Assembly: GCF_040938485.1 (NCBI RefSeq)
Contig: NW_027270986.1
Span: 2,232,001 to 2,296,000, forward strand
Reading direction: 5' to 3'
DNA from: Diadema antillarum
Lineage: Eukaryota
Length of the DNA: 64,000 nucleotides
The notes below the pieces were generated by a model. It was not told where the DNA came from, did no database searches, and saw nothing but the letters and a program-made list of their open reading frames with translations. The translations under genes were made by a program, and so were the position numbers. Shown in pieces: positions 52,474 through 64,000 of the stretch. Position 1 is the first letter of the stretch; the number at the start of each line of letters is the position of its first letter.

Positions 52474-53034
52474 CAGGAGTGCTGAAATATTGTTCACAAT
52501 GATTTTCCTTTTTCTACTCCCCCCTCCCCTAAAAAAAAGGAAGAGAAGAAAAAGAAGGCATCACAAGAAAAGAACTGTGTATCATCAACGATTAATCTAC
52601 TCCACAATCACAGCCTCTGTTCTTGTGCATTAAGTATTTCTTGCATATAGTCGAAAAACTTGAAGGATAAGGAGATTGGTATGATGTATAAGTACATTCT
52701 GATTTTGTTTTTCTTATAATATCAAAAGAAAAGTCACAGTCAAAATACTTCCTCACAATCCTTCACAATTTCCTGATGTTATATGCTCAAATTCAAGTTT
52801 ACTGCTAATTTGTTTGTTTTCATGTGTCATTGAAAAATGTGTCCATCAGATGAGTGTGGTCAGTTCCTGTTTTTATGAAATACAGATTTTCACATTTCAA
52901 TTTAGTTAGCCGGGCAGTCTGAATGAGATGTTAAGTTAAATTTGCTCAAACATTCAAGTGAATTTAAGCCTCTACCAGTAATCATTTCATTCACTCCCCC
53001 CGAAAAAATAAAAAGGAGATCTACAAATAGTATA

Positions 53035-53855
53035 CAATTGAACCTCTCATATCCGGACAAGTCGGGACCGGGGCTCATCCGGATAAGGGATTTGGCCGGA
53101 TACGGGAGACTCAATGCTTTATACATGTACATATACATACACATGTACTGATGTAGCCCATTGTAGTACCACATGTAGTAATGTGTATACTGCAACCTTT
53201 TCATTGTTACACTCAGTAACAGACCCCAAAATAGAGGTTCGTGTTTGCAAGAATGAAATCATTTTCTTTTATAAATTCTTGGGATGATTTACCTAAATAA
53301 TTATTAAGAAATGTATCAAAGTAGATCTTGAAAATAAACAGTACGAGTCGACAAAACTATGCTTCAAAATTTGATCATCACGGCTCGGCAAAGTCGACTG
53401 TAGGTCGCCATTGTTAGAGATGGTCTCCCTCTCTCTGTGTGTGTACTGTGTGTGAACAATTTTTGTGTGTTCAATATCATTCATTGCTCAGCCAATGACT
53501 CGAAACAATGCATGTCTATGTCATATCGACGGCTGTGTATGGACCTAAGTGGCAATGCGATATGAGAGGACTCGAGCGCATAATCTGTCAATGTTCTTGC
53601 GATGATTTGGGGATGTTTGGGGATGTTAAAATGTCTGAAGGTAAGCAATTTGGAAGGAAATTTGATGTAATGTATGTTAATCATGTTGGAAGTAATATGT
53701 AATTCATGTGTGTTTGTGTAGGAGTTCTCAAGGAGTTGGGAATCACCCTTTCCTCCCGTAATTATTAAAAAAAGGGAAAAAAAATCACGGCGAGATTGCG
53801 TCCGTATAATAGAGAGATCCGGATAAAGGGAGGCCGGATAAGAGAGGTTCAACTG
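53035..53855. mobile_element. Non-autonomous pogo/Tigger-like (Tc1/mariner) element
   Basis: TA|CAATTGAACCTCTCATATCCGG...CCGGATAAGAGAGGTTCAACTG|TA, with subterminal CCGGATA repeats and no transposase ORF. Confidence 0.82.
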
Positions 53856-55347
53856 TATATTGAAATAAATGCATAATGAGAACTTTTCCTACCTTGTAAC
53901 ATATAAATGCACATGACTCATAATAAGCAGTGCCACATCAGTAGTAAAAAGCATGCAGGGATATAAGACAGGCTCTTATAATTCCTTTTTTTCATAGGAA
54001 GCAAGCAATATTTTGAATTCATGATGAAAATAGATATGTGTGATATACATACAGCTCACTGTAGTTGGGAGTCCTGAATGCGTAACTCAATAATGACTAT
54101 TTGAAGATTGCCTTGCCGTGCAGTGATCGCCATCTCATGTAAATATCCCGCAGATTCGAGGAGTTCTCCAAGTTTATGAATCTTTATCACAGGTTTATTG
54201 CCCTCCAACTCCCCCCTCACCCTCCCCTCCCCCCCCCCCCCCCCCCCCCACCGTTCAGCTCAAAATAGATTGTCATTCATCTTTTCCTGTCAGCATCTCA
54301 ACTCTCCTGCGTCGCTGTGACAAACATACTCCTGATTGAAGTAGGCACTGCGTGTGAAGGTGCTGAGAATTGATTTTCACTTCTGAGTCGGGAGCGGGAG
54401 GGATGCCGTTCCGATGATTTTCTTGTTTTTGTTTTTGTTTTGTTTTGCGTTTTGTTGCTCGAATCAGATATTGCATTTTGGCGCTCTCTGAAATTAGAAA
54501 TTGATGAACCGTCATTATGATAAAGGCGCATGCGTGATTTGTTGATGACCTCTCAGATTTTGCTGGGTGTTGTTCAGGAAGATATGGCAACCCCACTCTG
54601 TGTTTCATGCTTTGTGGTTTTGAGCACAACATTTGCAGAAAGCAGCGTAACCTGGTGTTTCATGGATAAACCTGAAATTGATAGGTACACCACTTTCCAC
54701 GCCATATATCTGATATTTGTATGTGTATGTCTATGGATATAAAGACTGAAAAAAATTCCCCTTCCATCAAAGAGAAGCTTCAGTCTGGTTGAGAGCAAAC
54801 TGATGAAAAAGCAACAGGCATAAATGTATTTCTTTATTTATGTCTTATCAATTGTAATCCACCAAATTTGCCATTCTACATTTCTTATTTTGCATTTGTG
54901 AAAAAAAGCAATTATATTCTTGAATTTCAAACCTACCTAACCACCCTGGAAAAAAAAAAGAAGAGTGAGTGAATCTTATCTGTGCGTCAGGTAACCAGCT
55001 TTCATATCTTTATACAAGAGTATGTGAAGGGAGGATATTTATACATTCTTTGCTATTCCCTTTCAAGATATCTCTGCAATGCAAAATTAATATTCCATTC
55101 AATTTGGCTTCCTATCTTCCATACCGAACTCATCTCCCCTTTAATAAAAAGGACAGAAAATCAAATAATCCCTTTGCCTCTGTGGTAGATAACTAATTAA
55201 TGAAAGAAAAGTGGATGAGAAAAAGTGGAATTGCTCTTAGTCTTTTCTTTCCATAGCGCTCTGTTTTTGCATGCCAGAAAAATATATTCCATTTGATATT
55301 GACTTTGTTTTAGGCCTGCATGCCCTACTCCCCTCAAAATAAAAAAA

Positions 55348-55384
<37 letters not shown>

Positions 55385-55696
55385 GCAGCAGAAGAAATAA
55401 GCTGAGTGTTTTTTGTTTAATATTTGCAAGTAGGTAATTTCCTCGATTTGAGAATGAGAAAAAAAAAGAAAAGCGGAGAGTGCCGAGGGCACAGATTCTC
55501 AGAAACCTTCTTGGAGTCACCCATGTGTGCACAAACCACTCAGCCCCAAGCCGTCTCGCATCGCAGGAGATTCAACATTTATAGGCACACCACTGACCAT
55601 CAAGTACTTGGAGCCATTCTCCATCGCCTCTTTGACTCTTCTCTCCCCCCTTTCTCCCCCTTCTCTTTCCCTTCTCTCCCCCCCCCCACAATCATA

Positions 55697-55739
<43 letters not shown>

Positions 55740-55898
55740 CAGTGGTAGCAGATCGGGGGGGGGGGGGGGGGGGCGCACCATGCGCACGCCCTCTATTTAT
55801 TTTTGCTAAAACAAAAGAAATAAGCAGAAAAAATAGGGGCGACACATGCGCCCCCTTCAATTTTGCAAAGGGGCCTCCCCTTTATGGAATTCCTGGAT
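55740..55898 (+). mobile_element. CAGTGGCGGATC-type MITE, copy 2 (right end lost)
   Basis: Collinear with the 15574 copy (G-run, ctctatttatttttgctaaaacaaaagaaataa, gaattcctggat). Confidence 0.7.
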
Positions 55899-55987
55899 GC
55901 TCACATTGTCACAACTTTGACTTTTCGTCCCCATTTCTCAATTCCTATTCAATCCTCTGCTTATCTCTATTCCATCGTATTTATGAA

Positions 55988-56191
55988 GGCTCTGTGACAC
56001 TTGCTCCTGCGACAATTGCTCCCATGTAATATCTGAATGCTAAGCCAAACATAAAGTCTACCCACAAACATAACCCTAATCCCTAATCCTAATCCTCACA
56101 TCAAACTAAACCTAAAACTCTTAAGTTCTTCCTAAGTCCTTGGAGAAAATAAGACTGGAGCAAATGTCGCAGAAGCAAATGTTGTGTCACC
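55988..56191 (-). mobile_element. Same TTAGGG-bearing element, copy 2 (inverted)
   Basis: Ends GGAGAAAATAAGACTGGAGCAAATGTCGCAGAAGCAAATGTTGTGTCACC, the reverse complement of the copy 1 start. Internal AACCCTAATCCCTAATCCTAATCC. Confidence 0.75.
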
Positions 56192-56676
56192 ATCTCTGCT
56201 ACCATGTTTTGTTTTGAGTTATTTTTCCACCCACCCAATAAGCAAGTACCTGCCATCTTCCTATCAAAATATCATGAGCTTACTCAAATTAACAATTCCT
56301 GCGTCATTGTTTTTATTGCATGCGATTGATGAATTGCCCTTTATCAATGTAAATAAACACTTTGATTTTTAATAGGAGCCATGATAAAAATCATGGGCTC
56401 ACATACTCAGATTGGACTCAAACCACCTCTCAAACCAACAAACTTCTGAATGCCAGACAGACGTCACATCCACTTGTACTCAGTTGATCATATCTTGTGT
56501 TTGATAATAAGATATCATATGAGCTTGTCAATGAAATATGTGCAGAGGAAATCAAACTTGCTGATCAGTTGCAATAAAAACAACTCGTTGCAAGAATCAT
56601 TCATTTGAATAAATCCACAAAACCCGCTGCCATAAGGGATCACAACCATCTATGGTTGTCAGGCAGAAGCTCAGTA

Positions 56677-56870
56677 CTGTAAAAGTGGATATTTTCACGC
56701 AGGTAATATTTCGTGCATGGCCTGATAAAGAAAAAGTTTAGCGTGTTTTTAATTCCGCAGAATCAAGACATCAACTACTGGAACATATAGCAAGCAAAAA
56801 TATTCCCATGCTTTTATTTTCGCGCTAGTTTTTGATTGCACAAAATGCGCAAAAATTTCCACTTTTACAG
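56677..56870. mobile_element. CTGTA...TACAG MITE
   Basis: ta|CTGTAAAAGTGGATATTTT...AAAATTTCCACTTTTACAG. Confidence 0.75.
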
Positions 56871-58196
56871 TGATCTAGTAGATATGATGCCTGTCTTGCA
56901 ATCAGAAGTTTGTTGGTTCAAGTCCAATTCAAGTATGTGTGCCCATGAGTTTTATTGTGGCTACTACTAAAATACTGTCATGAACTTACCATTAACATTA
57001 GTTTTGAGTAATAGTCATTTTCTTTCTATGACATAATTTTCCTCTTTTTTTTACATGTACTCCCTCCCCTCTCTTTCCCTCTTTGTTTATCATAAACATT
57101 GTGTGACATTTATGACATGTAGAAGTAAAGTCTTTTCATTTGTCCTAATCATTTGGCATTAGTTTTCTTTACTGTTATGTTTATTTTGCACTTATTATGA
57201 AGGTTTGATATTCCCATTTTTACTGATAGTAAGAAAATTATTTTTGCATAATAATTGCATTTCTGTTGCATTTAAAAGCTGACCTTATTGCTCTAAGTTG
57301 ACCATATCTTGTGTTTAAAAGATAGGGTATTATGTGATCTTGTTAGTGAAATAAGTGAAGGGCTAATCAAACTTGTTGCATTAAAAAACCTTCAGACTCC
57401 AGGTATATATGTACTTATATTTTAAGGCTACAAGTTTTGGGGTTTTTTTTATAAGATATGCATTTGATATCAAACAGTTTCCACAAATGCCCTTCTGCCC
57501 CTCAACCATCGCATATTGTATTTCTATATCTGTATTTATGTTTCATATGAGTGTGTGTTTGTGTGTGTGTGTTTGAATGTGTGTGTGTGTGTGTTTTGTG
57601 TGTTTTGTGTGTATCATGTTTTTTAGGGCCAAAAGGTGACATATCTCCATTCGCTGGAATGCATTAAGAGAATCCCTGTAGCTAATGCCAAGTCTTCCTC
57701 ATGCTCCACACCCCTTCAGGGCATGCACTGAATCAGATGGGTGTGTGGCTGACTGAAACTAATGGATTACAGTGGATTCAGGGGACGCATTTCAGCCTAA
57801 TAATCATCAGGGGAATGACAAAAATTGATGGATCTTGAAAAGAATGGTAACAAGAAAAATTATACCTCAGAGGACCATTGGCTCCCATAATTCACGGTGT
57901 CTCCATTTCGGCTTCTCTTCCAGAAAATTGTGATGGGATTCAAAAATAGAAATATGCTGATGGCACAGAAGATACGCGTAGGCACAGACATACAAATATA
58001 CATCCACTTACACGTACACACACAGTTACACTTTCACACAAGGACTATTCATGAATGCAAAAATTTATTGTAAGAGATAAAGAAAGTGGAGCTTGTCTCG
58101 TTTTGCATGATTATTTTTTGGTCTTAGGAACATGTGTTTGCTTCATGTACTTCACTCCTTTTCCACTGTATTTCTCAAGCATCATAGAACATATTA

Positions 58197-58200
<4 letters not shown>

Positions 58201-58242
<42 letters not shown>
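58201..58242. repeat. (CT)n microsatellite
   Basis: Read directly from the sequence. Confidence 0.95.
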
Positions 58243-58251
<9 letters not shown>

Positions 58252-59059
58252 GTTACTTTATCTCTTTTTCTTACTCCACCTCTATTTGCCATGACCAGTG
58301 AACCAAAGGAAATGCTGTATGTATCTCAAGGTCTGAGCATGATGCAATGAGCTCAGAATTCAGCCGATTTAGCGTCTGAAATTCTGAATAGCAGCACTAT
58401 TTTTGTTCAGTTCTGCGGGGACACGGGTTTGATAGCTGGCTCGCATGTTTCACCTCCGTGATCAATAGCTTCTGCTCCATTGAGCATCACCTTGAAAGCC
58501 TAGTTTGATTTCAGGGCAGTGAAAACGAAGGGAACGAAGACGGAGCATTGAAGAGACAGACGTCTCGACAACAGCACTCTGTTTGCGATTGTGAAACATG
58601 AAATGGAGTATTGGAGATGAGGTGAATTATTTGCCCACGTAACATGATGGCAATTTTAGGAACGGTGTAGCCCGTTGTTGTTATTGTTTCCATGGAGATG
58701 CGTAATAGCCTTAGTCTGCCAAAGGAGGATGTTTTTCCCCCCTTTCAGGACTCACAAAAGTGAAGCTGAAGTGACACGATTTCACACAGGGACGAGCTTC
58801 AGTAGACTCTGGAGCAAGAAATCACATTGTGCACCAATAAGCTGACTCTCAAAATGGGTTCAAAATAAGATGGGGGTGGGAGGGAAAGTAACAAAAGGGA
58901 TATTGGGTCTTTCCACACCACTGAAGGAGACTATATTGTGTAGCATCCACCAGAATCCACAGCAGTGTATCAACCTACTGACACAGACTTGCCAATAAGA
59001 TCTGCTTGACAGCTGACTCGACAATATCTCCTGCTCCGTTACCAGCTCCGTCAGAATCG

Positions 59060-59073
59060 GTTACCATGGCAAC
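59060..59073. promoter_or_regulatory. RFX X-box (GTTACCATGGCAAC)
   Basis: Matches the RFX palindromic consensus GTNRCC(N0-3)RGYAAC and lies inside a GC-richer island. Function is untested. Confidence 0.5.
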
Positions 59074-60539
59074 TTGCATAACTGAATGTGCAAATGATAA
59101 CAGTTTTCAGCCCCATGGTCCTAAGTTTTTGATATTCAAGGCAAAGGGGTTTTCTTATGCAGATATAAGACATGTTTACTTGTAATATGTGTGTTTGTGT
59201 ATCTATATGTCTATGCTCTTTCATTGGCAAAAGGAATCAATAGGTGTTATTCTTTATGAATGAGCAACATATATCTGTCATTCACGTTGATATCAGTTGA
59301 ATACTTTGTTTGTGATAGAACTGTTTTATCAGCTCAATTTGTGTTTCTACTTGGCATCTATGTGTAAAGAACATGCTTAGTTTTTAGATGAAAACATTGC
59401 TAAATTAGTACATTTGTTGCAAGCTTTTTCCACTTGCTTTCTTTTGCCAAAGTAGGGCAGATCCATGTATGTGCATTTATAAAGTAATGTCAGTATGTAC
59501 ATAGAGTGATTGTATGTGGCCTAATTTGTCCATATTTTGTTCTTCATTTCATCGTTACTCCTTGTTTTCAGTTCTGGTGCCATGTGTCATGTGTATCTGA
59601 ATGCAATACATAACAAGACAACAGAAAATAACCAGTTGTATTTTCAAAAATAACATGTCAGTGCTTTCAGACAAAGATGTGAACATATTGGGTATAAAGT
59701 AGCATATCCACACATTTATGAACTGTGGGTGGGGGGGGGGGGGGAGGAGGAAAAAGACTATCAAAGTAAAATATACCATAATTTATTTCTGTCACTAACT
59801 CTTTTGAAATTGAAGGATATTTGAGCTCTATGTCTGGCTTTCACTCATCTTCAATATTGATATCTGAAATTAATTGATTTGCTTTAGTTTTGTTTGTATA
59901 TTTGAAACCCTTGATTTTCATATGCAGTATATTTTTGTATTGGGTTTTTTTTTTTCTCTTTTTATGCAAAACCAAGATTTTGTAATACTTTATCCATTCC
60001 CCTGGCAACTTAGTTGTAATTGGGAGAATTGAGGTGTTACTGATGCAGATAATCTTGTTAAATTAATGCATTTCATTGGTTTGACTGGTTCAGAAGGGGA
60101 GATCTGTTGTTTCAGTCAGGTATTTGCTGAAAGAATAAATGATTGTGTTCAACGTTTGAAAATCAGCAGCAGATTCACAACAGGGTTCATACATATCTGT
60201 AGGTATACTGGTATGAAACGATGCTGATAATGATGATTATGACATGATCCTTAGTAGAAGTAGTACTGATGACAATAAACATAAACATTTATTCCCATCT
60301 GATCAGGGTGATGGCCTTGTCAATGTTAATGCTGCTCTACCAGAGGGCCAATTTTATTACCCCATTACTGGGTATACTATTTTTGCATCTGAGTCAAGAG
60401 AGACATATTCTCCTATTGTTGAAGGATGATCATACCAATGTACATAGATATAGCTGCAGATGTTCTATGAATGTATATTACAACTTGCAAGTAGCACATT
60501 AAAGCCTTCTTCAGTGCACAGTTCTGACGTCAGCATTGC

Positions 60540-60968
60540 CACACTGGAAGAATATATTCCTTGCATCAATAGATATGTTACAATTCATTGCCTTTCTGTC
60601 TATTTTCATCAGATTCATGACTAGCTGGCAAAGGAAATTTGCCCTAGATCTTTTTCTTTCCTTCATGCTATTCATCATGTTCATTTTTAAGCTCTAGCTG
60701 GCTTGGCAATATATTATTTATAAGTCAGCAAGCTAGGTTTGTAATCCTAGCCACGGCACTGGAAGAACATAGTCTTCGCATAATTGAATATGTTGCAATT
60801 CATTGAATTTCTGCCCATTTTTATCAGATACATGGCTCACTGGCAAAGGAAATTTGCCTTAGATTTTTTTTTCCCCTTTGAACATGTTCTACTCATGTCC
60901 ATTTTTACGCTCAAGTAGGTTTAGGAATATTTGTATAATTCCGCAGGACGGGTTTGTAATCCTAGCAC
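60540..60968. repeat. Diverged tandem duplication, 215-bp unit x2
   Basis: cactggaagaa at 60542 and 60757. ctggcaaaggaaatttgcc and ggtttgtaatcctagc each recur once. Confidence 0.85.
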
Positions 60969-62553
60969 CACAAATTCTCATCAAATGAGTGTGAAAATTT
61001 TAGTTACAAAGATAGAAAAAATATGTATTTTTTTTGTATGCTTCAGCATTTTCCTCAAAGTATTCTACCTTTTTAAAACAGAAGATGTCAGCTAATTTCA
61101 ATCAGACTTTTTTCCTGGAAAAGTGCTTTTTGCAGTATGCAACAAGACAGCATTTAATGGAACCGTGTGAAAGCATTTCTTGGGCTTAAGAGGAAATCTA
61201 ATGTGTTTTATATTCCTCAAGCAAGTTTAAAAGTACTCCTGAGTCAGAGGAAATAGCTTGCTTACCTCTTCACTGCTAGGACAATGATCTCTAGAAGATC
61301 TTTGAATTATGCAGCAGATGTGATAAATTCTCAGTCCTTTGCATTTATGTAGAACATCCACAGTAGAAGGCAAATTATACACCCACATAAGTGTCATCTA
61401 TTTCTGGAGAAAGAGAAAAAACTGCTTTTCTTGAGAAAAATTAAATCAATTTTTGTCAGCAAATCTGTTCAAATATATATTTTGAATTTGGACAGAATTT
61501 CAAGGGGTATGCTTATTCTTGAGTCACATTTTCTTGAAGGGTAAGTTTGCCTCCTGCACATGGGCAAACATTCATGTAACAAAAGTATGATGCATGAATT
61601 TTGTTGTAGCTGCTGTTTTGGGAGAAATGTTGTGGAGGCTTATGATTGCAAAGTATTTATGTGGAGTCTAAAGACCGTGCAGCCAGCATCGACAGTTAAT
61701 GGCCAAGGGATAGTGTTGCCTCCATGATAACAAGATAATGTAAACTAAGTCTGGTGCTTTCAGGGGGCTTTTCTCCACAGCTCAATTCAGAGGGTAGTGA
61801 TCTTTTAATGCACTCCGCTAGGTCACTGACAGTGCCTATGACTGTTGCCGTGGCGCGGAGAGGAGACACGCCATGTTCTCTTGCATTAGGGGAAACATCA
61901 AATAAAGATAGTCATTTAGAGATTTTTTTTCCATATTAAAGAGTGTGCCTACTGTGTTTGTGACATGCGGTGTCAGTGCACTATGTGTCTTTCAAAATAC
62001 TTTGTTTCAAGATCACTACACTGAGTGTGCGAGACCTGACACTGCATTCGTGCAACTAATGTGAAGCTCTTTTATCTTTTTACCAATCTCCCTTCAAGTA
62101 AAGAGAAAGCTTGGCAGAGCTGTCACTTTTCAGGATGAACACAGGTGTCATGGAGAATTTAAGATTGTTTTCCCTAAAAGTCTTTGTGCTGAGTTTATTT
62201 CAGTTCAGCATTATTTGATGCAGAGAATACAGGTTTTCTCTTTGTATTTATCTTATTTTTTTAAAGGGGAAAGTCAATAAGGATTGATGTGCAGATCAAT
62301 GAGAAGTTTTTTAGGCACTTCATATTCACATATAATTTGCATACTTCTGTTGCAACATAATATCAATCTACAGGAATTTTTTATATAAAACGTACTAATA
62401 AACAGATTTACTATTTTACAAGTCAAAAATTAATGCAACTTTTATGATTCTACTGGTTTAATTTTTATGCAACTTGTTAAACCCAACGAAAATATTGAGT
62501 GGAACTGTACTGTAATAAAGTCCCCCTTTATTGCCATCTCATCTCGCTTCCAG

Positions 62554-62710
62554 GGACCAACATCCAGACAAAAAGTCCTCCGGCTGGCGACGGGGGAAAA
62601 GAGAGCAAGGACGCCAATGACCAGACCACGATCTCAGTCGCCGCCTCGGCGGCCAGTCTGATTCTTGTCCTAGTGGCAATCGTCATCTGGTACTTTCTTG
62701 TGCGAAAACA
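62554..62710 (+). CDS. Internal coding exon containing the transmembrane helix of a single-pass membrane protein: (G)TNIQTKSPPAGDGGKESKDANDQTTISVAASAASLILVLVAIVIWYFLVRK(Q)
   Basis: Pyrimidine-rich acceptor catctcatctcgcttccag| and donor CA|gtgagt. The frame is open and GC-rich, with a hydrophobic run of about 23 aa followed by an RK stop-transfer signal. It enters in phase 1 and exits in phase 2. Confidence 0.9.
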
Positions 62711-63551
62711 GTGAGTTTCCTCAAATCATATCGCCTATCGCCATTAGATTAGATTGCTTTATCCTCGAATTCCAGCATTTTCGACAATAAAAGCTGCATT
62801 AACTGCTGATTAACTGTGTAAATACTTAGACCTTGTGAGGCTATGGTAGGGTGGAGATGGGTGTATGTACAGGGTCACCTGAATTATTGTCAGTGATTGT
62901 AGCATCTCATGGTAATGACCCAAAACTTTAGCAGCAATTTTTATGGAGGTTTTGAAATTGCTTGCATTGAGGAGTAATAGGAAGTTTAATCAGCCTTGTT
63001 AGCTGACTGTAAATATTGTTACTTTTTATTTGTTGCAGTAACCAGTTACTAGATAAGCACTGCAATTAAACCGCGTCTTGAGTCTTAATCTTGTAATGCA
63101 GGTCGAGGCAAAACTTTCATGCTATACCCTTTCCATAGTGAATTCAGCAGTAATACAGTTGTGGAACATCTGTTTTCTTTGTATTGTTCAAAAGCAATGA
63201 AAACATATATATTGGCTCTATCCTTTAATATTGATCTCATTTTACGAAGTATGTGAAAAAAAAAATCAGATCATTATTTCAATCGTGAAGGTTGAAGTCT
63301 TTTCAGAGTTTCAAACCCAAGTAGAGTGCTCTTCTTGGTTGTCAGTATTGGTAATGCATCCCTCATTCATATTTTAGAAGAGCATTTGTGGTATATATTT
63401 GCCACATAGATGTATAAACTTTTTCAATAATATCTTTGTGGAAGTGTAAGCAAAATTTGGCCATACTACTTTTGTGGAGGATATGCTTGTTTTTTGGCTT
63501 CATATGTTTGGTTTGATGTCTGACATTGGTCATGGCCTCTTTCACCAAAAG

Positions 63552-64000
63552 ATTGCTGTCAAAGACAAAGAGCCATCAGAGACTTGGTAGCCACAAGAGT
63601 CATCGTAGCAACCCCGGAAGTCGTCAGGGCAGCTTTCGGGATGGGCACAGTGGGAGCATCAGGGACCACCACAGCAGCAGACACTCGCCAAAGTCCCACC
63701 GGTCCAGCAGCTCCCCGAAGTCGCACCACCGCCACTCCGGTTGCCACGACAACAAGGAGATATGCACCTGCCGCAAGTCCTACGACGCGCCCCTGGTGGA
63801 GCCGCAGTCGCCTAAGAACACTTCCATGTCGGAGTGCACCGGTAACTCCCCCTTCTGTCCCCATTCCACTCGCTTTCAGCACCCCAACCACCAAAGAACA
63901 CGTGACTCGGTGCATTCGGAGCTCAGCGACGGCGCTTGCGGCCCCGCAGGATCGATCTGCACGTGCAACATGGAGCAGGGTCAAACAAAGGTCATCACGG
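63552..64000 (+). CDS. Coding exon for the cytoplasmic tail (LLSKTKSHQRLGSHKSHRSNPGSRQGSFRDGHSGSIRDHHSSRHSPKSHRSSSSPKSHHRHSGCHDNKEICTCRKSYDAPLVEPQSPKNTSMSECTGNSPFCPHSTRFQHPNHQRTRDSVHSELSDGACGPAGSICTCNMEQGQTKVIT...), truncated by the window end
   Basis: GC content jumps abruptly and about 149 codons have no stop. The acceptor ggcctctttcaccaaaag|A is in phase 2, matching the donor at 62710. The ORF track misses it because there is no stop inside the window. Confidence 0.88.

Noticed and set aside
54294-54359. Possible 66-nt phase-1 cassette exon (ASQLSCVAVTNILLIEVGTACEG)
   Set aside because: The acceptor is good but the donor G|gtgctg is poor, and the peptide does not fit a stalk region.
55424-56029. 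201-aa + strand ORF
   Set aside because: It runs through a (CA)n microsatellite, a poly-G MITE and into the TTAGGG element, so it is a repeat artefact.
63559-63984. 141-aa minus-strand ORF
   Set aside because: It is the antisense shadow of the GC-rich + strand tail exon, which has matching splice phase and follows the TM exon.

Overview
AT-rich animal genomic DNA, almost all intronic or intergenic. The repeat content and abundant poly-G tracts look echinoderm-like to me, which is inference only. There are no prokaryotic features, CRISPR arrays, rRNA or tRNA genes that I can support. The only well-supported gene is on the + strand and encodes an unidentified single-pass membrane protein. It has a probable Ser/Thr/Pro-rich exon (45143-45244), a 17.3-kb intron, a transmembrane exon (62554-62710) and a His/Ser/Cys-rich cytoplasmic-tail exon running from 63552 off the window end. 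Splice phases of these three exons fit together. The rest is GC-richer islands (candidate cis-regulatory modules, several with RFX X-boxes) among many short non-autonomous DNA transposons: Kolobok-, piggyBac-, Harbinger-, Sola- and Tc1/mariner-like, including one deleted mariner with a frameshifted transposase N-terminus. The least explained structure is a ~2.1-kb CpG-retaining segment (17.5-19.6 kb) carrying ten copies of GTAACGTATCTG. Nearly all ORFs in the supplied track are spurious.
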